This document shows, one piece after another, positions 1-10,236 of a DNA stretch of 64,000 bases. Position 1 is the first letter of the stretch. Each line of letters opens with the position of its first letter. Source of the DNA: Mobula hypostoma (taxonomy: Eukaryota); contig NC_086107.1 in NCBI RefSeq assembly GCF_963921235.1, forward strand, positions 106,704,001 to 106,768,000, given 5' to 3'. Under the pieces are notes generated by a model. It ran no database searches. It had not been told where the DNA came from and was given only the letters and a program-made list of their open reading frames with translations. Made by a program: the position numbers and the translations under genes.

Positions 1-1956
1 GATACGGCTCTTAAATCGTTCAGACCTCGGATCTCGCCTCGCCTTGCCTCGTCGCATCGAATTTCCTCCTAGTTCGCTCCAGCAAGAGGCTCCAGACATA
101 CCAGCAAAATGCCACATCGCACGGCTCAACTCCGACAGGGAAGCCACAGGCTACAGCTTGCAGCAATTGTTTACCAGAAAAAAGTGTGACTGGCAAAATA
201 TTTAGTCGCTTTTTTCGTTCCAATGGCCGCAAGGACGTCGTCACTTAAACCAGTAAGTAGCGGCATTGTAAACCAGAAGGTGTGTGTGAGAGATTGAGCA
301 CTGAACAGATTCGGATTCAGATTGATTCACAACTCGTCTGCAGAAACAGTCAAATGCGTCATTTCCATTAAAACCAGAACAACACAAGATGTGGTGGGGT
401 GGGATGGGCAGCCTGCAAGTGTCGCCACAGGCCCGGGCACCAACATTGCCTGCTCACAGCACTCGAACAAACAACACAGAACACAACGAGCAACAGAACA
501 GAACCGCAGCAAAACAGGCCCCGTTCCTCCCTCGCAATGATCCACCCACGCATGCGGACAGTCCTCCTCACAACAGGACAGGTCTCAGGCTTTGGCCATC
601 GGGCGTGGAGTCGACCTTCACGCTTTGACCATTCCCGCCAGAATGTTTTCCCGCTCTTTACCAAGGTTCGGAAATGTGGAGCGACAAGCAATCAGCTGGA
701 GGAACTCAGCGGGCCAGACTGCAGCCGATTCGACACCACCCTCCCCTCCCCCCCCCGGAGTCTACCCGGCCGCCTGCCGACGCCTCTCCTCCCGGCTGCC
801 GCACAGAAATGCTCCCGCTGGGACCGAACACAGAACCAGCCCCGGCCTGAGCTGGGAGGAGAGAAGCCAGTGGCCAGTAGAGCCGGGATTCGGGGAAGGC
901 CTGGACCATCCGGGATGGCTTGTGGAGGATGGATGTGTTGGGACGGAGAACAGCCGTGATCTTAGAGCATGGGAGAAAAGACAAGAGTCTGACTGGCCTG
1001 CCCCTGTTCATTTAGCGAAACAGCGCAGAGTAGAACCTTCCGGTCCTTCGAGGGCACCACCCCAGCCATCCCCGAAGCCCCCGATTTCACCCTAACCTAA
1101 TCACGGGGACAATTTACAATGACCAGTTAACCTACTCAGTATGCCTGTGGGAAGAAACCAAAGCACTCTGGAAAACCCTGCGGGGAGGGTGTACAGAGGA
1201 CGCCGGAATTGAACTCTGAACTCCGACGTCCCGAGCTGTGATAGCGTCGCGCTAACCGCTACACTACCATGGCGACCACGGTTATGTTACCCAGGTTTTC
1301 TGCGTTTTGGATATGGACTTGGACTGCAGACCTTTTTTTTCCAGTCTTAGTTTTTTCTATTCTGAGTTTTTAGCCCAAACTTTCTCTCTCTTTTTATTTG
1401 CGTGTGCAGGGGGGGTGGGGTTGATGTGGCTGTTCCATTTATGTTTTTTTTGTGCAGGGAGGAGGGATTTTGGGGGGGGGGTTGATGAACGAAAGAAACC
1501 GTTCTTTTCTTTCTTGGTTCGGTGGCTATCTGGAGAAGACGACTTCCAGAGTTGGATACTTTGATGATAAATGGACCTTTGAACGGTTAGTTTAATTAGT
1601 GCCTTCTGCTTCTAAATCTTGAGTTCCCTAAGAATCTAGGCTGGCACCCCAGACCCAGGTACAAAGTTTAAAGTAAGTTTATTATCAAAGTACATAAATG
1701 TCACCATATACAACCCTGGGGTTCATTTTCTTGCGGGCATTCACAGTAAATACAGGAACCACAATAGAATCAATGAAAGATCGCACCCAACTGTGGACAA
1801 ACAACCGATGTGCAAACTGTGCAAATACAAAAAGAAAGGAATGATAATTATAAATAAGCAATAAATATCAAGAATATGAGATGAAGAGTCCTTGAAAGTG
1901 AACCTAGAGGCTGTGGGAACAGTTGGGTGATGGGGTGAGTAAAGTTATCCCCTCTG

Positions 1957-2147
1957 AAGAAGGATCTAGTGCTTTCCCGATGTATATGATGAATAAACTC
2001 TTCTCGGGTTTCCAGCCAGGTGCAAATATCGATTATAACAAATGTTTTGATGACAAACCCTCTCATCCTGAAGATGGCAGAGTTTCTCGTTGAAATACCG
2101 GTTATAATCAATACCTGTACCTGGCTGGAAGCCCGAGGAAAGTTTGA
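1957..2147. mobile_element. Fold-back (palindromic) Penelope-like mini-element with decayed hammerhead-like core
   Basis: Perfect 12-bp TSD TTATCCCCTCTG (1945-1956, 2148-2159). Inverted arms 1995-2039 / 2101-2145. Central CTGAAGATGGCAGAGTT...GAAA. Confidence 0.65.
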
Positions 2148-2196
2148 TTATCCCCTCTGGTTCAAGAGGAACACAGTGAGAATATAGACCGAGACG

Positions 2197-2290
2197 GCAC
2201 CCATGGGGGCTGGGATACGGACGCAACCAGCACCCATGGGATCTGGGGTGCACACAGAGCCAGCACCCCTGGGAGTTGGGACCCAGACAT
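2197..2290. repeat. 33-bp minisatellite, ~3 degenerate copies
   Basis: GCACCC(A/C)TGGG recurs at 2197, 2230 and 2263. Confidence 0.75.
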
Positions 2291-2699
2291 GTTACACTTG
2301 CTTTTAAGCCAAGACTTGCTCTCAGTTTTTCACGCTGTTCTGAATTCAAAGGTTTCAACATCCTAAGTGACTCCAGTAATGGGATTTATCATTTATAACT
2401 TCTGGTGTTTTTCTAAATGGGGCTCAGAATTTGCTCTCATACAGGATGAAACTGTTTAAAACCGTCCTAGGATTATTGCAAGAGGAACGTACGTGAGACT
2501 TGTTCATCCTTGAAATAACAATGTGAATGATTGTATGTATGTGACATAAAGAAATGACTTTACAGGAAACATTTGGTATAAACTTTTGCACATTTCTGTA
2601 ATTTTGTTTTAATAAACTTTATTTTAAGGACATTTGACCCAAATGATTAACAGTGGCTGTTTTGGGGAGTACATTTCGGATTGCATTGGAAGGAGGATG

Positions 2700-2950
2700 G
2701 CAAGGTAGCATAGTGGTTAGCACACCGGTTTACAGTGCAGGTGACCCGGGTTCAATTCCCACCACTGAATGTAAGGAGTTTGTACGTTCTCCCTGTTTTC
2801 CTCCGGCTGCTCCAGTTTCCTCCCTCAGACATACCTGTTGGGGGGTTAATTGGTCATTGTAAATTGTCCAGTGATTAGGCCAGGGTTAAATTGGGGGAAT
2901 CACTGGGCAGTGTGCTCAAAAGACCAATGCCACGCTGCATCTCGATAAAT
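2700..2950 (+). mobile_element. tRNA-derived SINE (representative of an abundant family; related copies near 1010-1275, 12415-12680, 15020-15255, 35155-35460, 41215-41480)
   Basis: A-box-like GCATAGTGGTTAGC, B-box GGTTCAATTCC, and a shared core TGTAAGGAGTTTGTACGTTCTCCC. Confidence 0.75.
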
Positions 2951-2999
2951 AGGGAAAAGTACTTCCAAAAGTATCTCGGTAAAGATGCAAGTATGGCAT

Positions 3000-3842
3000 A
3001 AAACAGGGACTTCAAGTTCCTGAGTGTCAATGTCTCTGAGGCTCTAACCTGGTCCCAAAACATCGATGCAGCTATAAAGGAGGTAAGATTGCAACGCACA
3101 TAGAAGCTGCTGGTGAACACAGCAGGCCAGGCAGCATCTCTAGGAAGAGGTGCAGTCGACGTTTCAGGCTGAGACCCTTCGTTCACCAGCAACTTTGATG
3201 TGTGTTGCTTGAATTTCCAGCATCTGCAGAATTCCTCCAGTCTGAGGCAAGATTGCAGCTGTGTTTCATTGGGAGTTTGAAGAGATTTGGTTTGTTACCT
3301 AAAACACTTGAAAACTTCTACAGATATACTTTGGTGAGCATTCAGACAGGCTGCATCACTGTCTGGTACGGGGGGGGTGGGGGGAGAGGGACTATTGCAC
3401 AGGATCGTAAGAAGCTACAGAAAGTTGTAGAATCATCTCCATCATGGGCACTAGCCTCTGTAGTATCCAGGACATCTTCGAGGAGTGATGCCTCTATTAT
3501 TCAGGACCCCCCATCTCCCAGGACATGCCCTCTTCTCATTGTTACCATCAGAAAGGAGGTACAGAATCCTGAAGACACACACTCAATGACTCAGGAACAG
3601 CTTCTTCCCCTCGGCCATACGATTTCTGAATGGACATTGAACCCACAAACACTACCTCGCTTTAAAAAAAATTTCTGTTTTCACCCTATTTTTAATTTAA
3701 CTGTTTAATACACATAAATATACTCATCATAATCCACTTAATTTTTTTTCTGTCATTTAGTGCATTGTACTGCTGCTACAAAGTTAACAAATTTCACGAC
3801 ATATGCCGGTGATATTAAACCCAATTCTGATTCAGATTCTGA
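3000..3842 (+). mobile_element. LINE (L2/Rex-like) 3' fragment interrupted by a fold-back Penelope-like insert at 3093-3243
   Basis: Degenerate RT C-terminal ORF (FYRYTLVSIQTGCITVWYG) and (ATTCTG)n tail. The insert is flanked by a GAGG(T/C)AAGATTGC duplication at 3080-3092 / 3244-3256. Confidence 0.7.
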
Positions 3843-4077
3843 CCACAATGTTGTGCCGCAAGATCAATCTGACCTTTCCCTCCCACATAAAATCTCTATT
3901 TGCCATTTATCCATACGCCTATCCCGGAGTCTCTTAAATCTCCCAAATGTACCTGCCTCCAGCACCACCTCTGGAAGCACGTTCCATGCACCCGCCACTC
4001 TCTCTGTAATAAAAAGCTACCTCCAGTGTCCAAGAAATTGGAATAACTTCAATGAAGTTCTTTAAAGTTACAAATAG

Positions 4078-4475
4078 TTTATACCTCTGCGTACGGGCTA
4101 TGCCGTAGGCCTGACTTATACTTCTGCGTAGCCCTACGCCGTAGCGAGCATGCGTAGCTGTGTCTGCGTCGCTGTGCAATTCACCGCCAAAATGCCAGTT
4201 GGCGGTGGGGTTTCTATGCCACTGCGTTGAGTTTCTTCGTGAGAGACATAGACAAGGATTCAAATATTTCAAATATTTTCGGATGTCGGCAGGTAGATTT
4301 GACGATTCGGTTCACCGTCTCCAAGCATTTATTTCACATCAGACCAATCACAGTTGTTGCAGTCTGCGTTGCTGCGACGTGTGAGTTACATTTTTGGGGA
4401 GGTGCGCGTCACCCTGCGGCGTAGGGTACGCGGTACCTAGGGTGTACATTTGACGCAGAAGTATAAATTGGGCTA
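4078..4475 (+). mobile_element. PIF/Harbinger-derived non-autonomous DNA transposon
   Basis: Perfect inverted repeat TTATACTTCTGCGT at 4116-4129 / 4453-4466. Internal frame KYFRMSAGRFDDSVHRL resembles the Harbinger transposase N-terminal FRMS motif. Confidence 0.7.
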
Positions 4476-4511
4476 TAGATATTCACATCTGTAAAGGTGG
4501 AGCTTTTCTCT

Positions 4512-5197
4512 TAGATTAGATTTTTATTTAGATTAGATTATGAGGACACTCAGTCCTTGTTTATTGTCATTTAGAAATGCATGCATTAAAGAATGATACA
4601 ACGTTCCTCCAGAATGATATCACAAGAAACACAGGACAAACCAAGACTAAAACTGACAAAACCACATAATTATAACATATAGTTACAAGGGTGCAAAGCA
4701 ATACCATAATTTGATGAAGAGCAGACCATGGGCACAGTAAAAAAAAGTCTCAAAGTCCCGATAGCCCCATCATCTCACGCAGACGGTAGAAGGGAGAAAC
4801 TCTCCTGCCATGAACCTCCAAGCGCCGCAAACTTGCCGTTGCAGCACCATTGGAAGCACCCGACCGCAGCGGACTCTGAGTCCGTCCGGAAACTTCGAGC
4901 TTCCGACCAGCCCCTCCAACACAGCCTCTCCGAGCACCATCTCTGCTGAGCGCTTCGACCCCGCCCCGGCTGCCAAGCGACAAGCAAAGCCGAGGACTCG
5001 GGGCCTTCCCCTCCGGAGATTCTGGATCACACAGTAGCAGCAGCAGCGAAGCAGGCATTTCAGAAGTTTCACCAGATGTTCCTCCGTACTCTCACGTCTG
5101 TCTCCATCAAATCAGGATTGTGCACGGCACCCTACTTGACAAATAACAGACATCACCACCGGAGTGGCCGCTGTGAGCCGCGTCACGCCGCCATCTT
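4512..5197 (-). mobile_element. ~680-bp non-autonomous retroelement with (TCTAA)n tail
   Basis: Minus strand starts AAGATGGCGGCG and ends in (TCTAA)n. It interrupts a CR1 fragment. A second copy lies at 7300-7960 in the opposite orientation. Confidence 0.7.
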
Positions 5198-5667
5198 CTC
5201 CTCTCCTCTTTGGAGTGAAGAAGGATAAGAGGCGACTTAATAGAGGCATATAAGATGATAAAAGGCATAGACAAAGTGGATAGCCAGTGCCTCTTTCCCA
5301 GAACAGAAATACCTAATATGAGAGGGCATAATTTGAAGGCGATTGGAAGAAGGTATCTGAGGATTGCCACAGCTAGGTACGGGTGATGGGTGCATGCTAT
5401 CAGCTGCTAGGGGTGCTGGTAGAGGCAGATACAACGGGGACATTTAAGAGCCTCATAGGTAGACACAAGGATGAACGAGAAATGTAAGGTTGTGCTGGAG
5501 GGAAGTGTTAGATTAGTCATGGACCAGGGTAAGGTTCAAAATTGTTAACTGTCATTTCCAGTACACGAGTATAAAGGAGAATGAAATAATTGTTACTCCC
5601 GGATCCGCTGTAGCACAAAAGAACACAGTAATATCAAGAATACATTGTAAGATAGCTTACATACATA

Positions 5668-6012
5668 TAACCATATAACAATTACAGCATGGAAACAGGT
5701 CACCTCGGCCCTTCTAGTCCGTGCCGAACTCTTACTCTCACCTAGTCCCACCGACCTGCACTCAGCCCATAACCCTCCATTCCCTTCCTGTCCATATATC
5801 TATCCAATTTAACTTTAAACGACAACATCGAACCTGCCTCAACCACTTCTGCTGGAAGCTCGTTCCACACAGCCACCACTCTCTGAGTAAAGAAGTTCCC
5901 CCTCATGTTACCCCTAAACTTTTGCCCTTTAACCCTCAACTCATGTCCTCTTGTTTGAATCTCCCCCACTCTCAATGGAGAAAGCCTATCCACGTCAACT
6001 CTGTCTATCCCC
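5668..6012 (-). mobile_element. CR1 LINE 3' fragment
   Basis: ORF TRGHELRVKGQKFRGNMRGNFFTQRVVAVWNELPAEVV is a typical CR1 ORF2 C-terminus. Confidence 0.85.
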
Positions 6013-7299
6013 CATAGACTGGTTATATGTCCATAAAGTAAACGCTGGGCACAGGAGTGTCTGTACATAAGATGACAATAAAGTAATGTTGGTGGGGGTG
6101 TGATGGGGTGGGTTCGTGGGTGGAGCTGTTGATCAGTCTTACTGCTTGGGGGAAGTAACTGTTTTTGAGTCTGGTGGCCCTGGTGTGGATGCTACGTAGC
6201 CTCCAGGCTGAGGGTCAAAGCTGATGGTTGGCACAATATTGTGGGCCGAAGGGTCTGTACTGTGCTGTTTAACAGGGAAAGCAACTTGAAGGATGTCTTC
6301 CACAGGCCCTTGATGCTCCTCCTGAGTGAGAGAGGTCTGCAGTTCGGGAGGTTGTGTCAGAGGGGTGCAGTTTAATGGCAGTGCACTGCGTGCTGACAGA
6401 AGAGGGAGTCGATTTCGCAGTGGGGCGTGGATGCCAAATACACCGTCTGTTTTGTCCAGACGCCTCCCAGTCCAAGATCTGTGATGTGCAAGAGGCCCGA
6501 ACCGGATGGTGCAGTCTCACTAAATGCAGAGATGGGCGAGGGCAGTCACAGTGGGCACATCTACACGGAGCACTGTCGCAGGAAAGCAGCATCCGTCGTC
6601 AGTGACCCCCCACCACCACCCAGGCCACGCTCTCTTCTCGCTGCTGCCGTCAGGAAGAAGGTACAGGAGCCTCAGGACTCGCACCACCAGGTTCAGGAGC
6701 AGTTATTATTGTTCTGCCCACTTGAACCAGAGGGGATAACCTCACTGAAATGATCCCTCAACCTATGGACTCACTTTCAAGGACAATATTCTCGATATTT
6801 ATTGCTTATTCATTTATTATTATTTCTTTTTTCTTTTCCTGTTTGTATTTGCACAGACTCTCTTTGTTTTGCACGTTGTTTCTTCTTCCTGTTCTGTCGG
6901 GTGCGGGCTTCCACTGATTCTATTGTGTTTCTTGGATTTGCTGTGACTTCCCACAAGAAAATGTGTTGCATAAGCTGTCGTATATGAACTTTGATAACAA
7001 ATTTATTTTGAACTTTGAACATTCATACAGCAGTAGCCTATTCAACCCATCAAGCCTTGGTATTGGTTCATTATTGTCACATCTGCCAAGATGGTCCACC
7101 ACGGGGAAAGCCCTCCCCACCCTTGAGTACATCTGCATGAAGCAACATCCATCATCAGGGACCCCCAATGCCCAGACCATGTTCTCTTCTCTCTGCTGTC
7201 ATCGGGAAGAAGGTACAGGAGCCTCAGGACCACCACCAGTAGGTTCAGGAACAGTTATTACCCCTCATCCATCAGATTTTTGAGCCAAAGGGTACAACG

Positions 7300-7962
7300 C
7301 GCAGCGTGCGTGGCCACTTCGGTGATGATGTCTGTTATCTGTCAAGTAGGGGACCGTTCACAATTCTGATTTGATGGGAGATGGACGTGAGAGCACGGAG
7401 GAACATCTGGAAAACTTCTGAAATGCCCGCTTCTCTGCCGCTGCTACTGTGTGGTAACCGGAATCTCCAGAGCAGAAAGCCCCGAAATCCTCGGCTTTGC
7501 GTGTTTCAGCGGCTGGGGAGAGGTTGAAGGCGCTCGGCAGAGGATGGCACTCGGGAGGCTGTATCGGAGGGGCTGGTCGGAAGCTCGAAGTTTTCGGACG
7601 GATGGATTCAGTGTCGGCTGTGGTCGGCTGCTCCCAAGGTATCGGCAAGTTGACGGTGCCTGGAGGTTTATGGCAGGGAGTTTCTCCCTTTTGCTGCCTG
7701 CTATCGGGGACTCGGGAGTCGATTGACTCGGGGACTTTGAGACTTTTTTTTACCGTGCCCATGGTCTGTTCTTCATCAAATTATGGTATTGCTTTGCACT
7801 ACTGTAACTATATGTTATAATTATGTGGTTCTGTCAGTGTTAGTCTTTGGTTTGTCTTGTTTTCTGTGATATCACTCCGGAAAAACACTGTATCATTTCC
7901 TAGTGCATGTATGCATTTCTAAATGACAATAAAAAGAGGACTGAGTGTTCTCATAATCTAAA
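7300..7962 (+). mobile_element. Second copy of the 4512-5197 family, inverted
   Basis: Reverse-complement similarity over its length; shared ORF start MGTVKKSLKVP on opposite strands. Confidence 0.75.
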
Positions 7963-8189
7963 AAAAACTTTTCTCACCTTCACTTGCCCCATCACTGAAA
8001 TGTTCCCTCAACCTATGGACTCACTTTGAAGGACTCTTCATCTCGCGTTCTTGATATTTATTGCTTATTTATTTAATGCTAGAAACATAGAAAACCTACA
8101 GCAAAATATAGGCCCTTCGGCCCACAATGCTGTGCCGAACATGTCCTTACTTCAGAAATAAAGTAAAGGCTGCAGCTGCAAAGTTTACG

Positions 8190-8780
8190 GCATTATCGTA
8201 AGAAGGCGCGGATCTGCTTTCTGGTAGTGTGGCACTGCTGTCGTAAAGTAGTTGTTAGAGACAGTCCAGTTTTAGGTGGTCTGGTTTAGTTTTAGAAAAA
8301 TATTGTTTATTTCTCTGGACAAACAAACACTTGGGTAAAGTCTGCGCGGTCCACAAGGGGAAAAGACTTCGCGTTGGTGTTGTAGAAAACTCCGCCGTTG
8401 CGACAGTGTCGCGACACCCGCTTTGCGGCAGTGAGGCAGGCTCCCACCGTGGCGGAGCCGCCGGTTCTTCTCAAGTTTCAGAATCCGTCGCCATCGGGCG
8501 GGAAAGCCAGGTAAATGCGGCGGGGGGAGAGTTCCCGGAGGCTGAGCCGTAACCCAGGGCCAGGATTTTGTTTCTGTGAGGGCAGACTGAGGGATGGATG
8601 GAGAGGTTCCGGTCGGCGGCGTCAGACATCTCCCGGTTCACCCCCACCTCGGGCCTCCGTGTCGAGCCGCCTTTAGCCGAGAGTAATTCCGTGAGACTGG
8701 GCTGGGAGGGACGCTACAGCTGCTGGTTCAGTTCTGCGAAGCTGTGGTGGCCATTTCCGCCCCCCTCCCCGTTATGGAGA
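8190..8780 (+). promoter_or_regulatory. EIF3D: CpG-rich promoter/first-exon region of EIF3D
   Basis: High CpG density in unique sequence. Palindrome TGTCGCGACA at 8407-8416 resembles the BANP/TCTCGCGAGA motif. Pyrimidine tract TTCTTCTC near 8465. Donor CAG|GTAAAT at 8510/8511. Confidence 0.7.
8465..8510 (+). other. EIF3D: Probable non-coding exon 1 of EIF3D (5' end uncertain)
   Basis: Lies in the CpG island and ends in the donor AG|GTAAAT. Vertebrate EIF3D has a non-coding first exon, and exon 2 has an acceptor just upstream of the ATG. Confidence 0.6.
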
Positions 8781-8785
8781 CCGTC

Positions 8786-8860
8786 CACCCTACCCCTACC
8801 CCACCCCACCTTACCCTACCCTACCCCACCCCTACCCTACCCCCACCCTACCCCACCCCC
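8786..8860. repeat. (CCCTA/CCCCA)n C-rich pentamer tract
   Basis: About 14 consecutive C3-C5 runs, seen directly. Confidence 0.85.
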
Positions 8861-9961
8861 TGAAACTCACCTCAACCTCAACCTCCCCTCTTGGTGCTTG
8901 ATCCTCCAAAATATTCCGCATGGAATTTAAACTGGAGCTGGGCCCAAGGAGGAGATTTTTGAAGAAAAGCTGCCTTAAATTTAATTGGGCAAACGACAGG
9001 AATTCTGCAGATGCTGGAAATTCAAGCAACTTTTAAATTTAATTGGGTCTGGTTGTGTGACTGTGGTAGGATGAAGATTTAATGCTTTAATTGTGCGGGG
9101 GGTGGAAATGCTGTACACATCTGACTTGGTAGTTAGTATTTCAAATTGAGTTGAGTGCCCTCGTCCTCACGTGTTATGAGTGATTCCTCCTTTCCTGGTG
9201 GTACAGAGGGACCCCACAGCCCCCCATTCCACTGTTCATGACAGAACTGTGTTCAGCAAACTTGCCTCGATGATACACAGTGACTGGCTTGCCATTAGAT
9301 TAAAAACTACGAGGGAGGCTGGACAAATGGTGAGGTGAAGAATTTTTCAGTCTGTTCCTGAAGTTCTGGCTTCTGCAGACTCAGCTTGTGCCGAATCCTG
9401 ATACTTTACACTGTGACAGGCTTGTACCTCTCCCAGTGTTGAGGTGACCGCCTGCTGTTCCTGTGTGCTCATCAGTGCTAAATGATAACGTGGCAATTTG
9501 TCCATACTGCAGCCCAGCGCAAATGTGACAGACCTGAACCCTTCAATATTTCACCCCAGGGTTAAAACATTGACAGATTTGTATCTAATTCTGAATCTCA
9601 GTGTCGCAGAGTGATGCCCAGTAGATTCACCAGTATTTGCCAGTGTAACACAGGCAGAACTCTGCACACGATTAACGAACCTCAGGGTCACAAGATGATA
9701 CCTCAGGGTTGCGATTACACTCGCTCCAGTGTTAACACAAATCCACATCAGTGTTACTGAGCTGTAGAGCGATAGTTAAGATACTTGTTAGTGTTTGATA
9801 AGGCAGAGTGTGAAAGATTATGGTGAGAAGGCGGGATATTGGGAGGGAAATGGATCAGTCATGATGGAAGGGCAGTACAAACTCGATGGGCCAAATGGCC
9901 TAATTCTATGTCTTATGGTCTTATATACATTGGTGTTGTGCTCTGATGTTAGAAACTAACA

Positions 9962-10236
9962 GATTATGGCCGGCTGATGGCGCCGGACGCCGAGGCGGAG
10001 GTTCCCGGGTTCGAACCCAGTCGGGTCCGGTCCTGAGTACGCTTTCCATCCGTGCCGGGTTGAGTGCCGAGATCGCAACTCGACCTCGTAAAATAAGGGA
10101 AAATACTACGAAAATGTCTGCGTGAGGAGTGGCGTGCCACCCCGTCCGTCTCTCTCTCTCTCTCTCTCACTCCGCGCCTTGTAAAAGCCATGAAAGATCC
10201 ATCATAATGGATGCAGGCACATGCCAAAAGAAAAAA
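9962..10236 (+). mobile_element. Young CpG-rich tRNA-derived SINE in EIF3D intron 1
   Basis: B-box GGTTCGAACCC at 10008-10018, A-rich tail, and 11-bp TSD AGAAACTAACA (9951-9961, 10237-10247). Confidence 0.8.

Noticed and set aside
399..1095. Overlapping 186-aa and 167-aa ORFs
   Set aside because: They span SINE-derived and GC-rich sequence with no recognisable domain or splice structure.
2700..2765. tRNA gene
   Set aside because: A and B boxes are present, but there is no cloverleaf and the sequence continues into a repeated SINE body.
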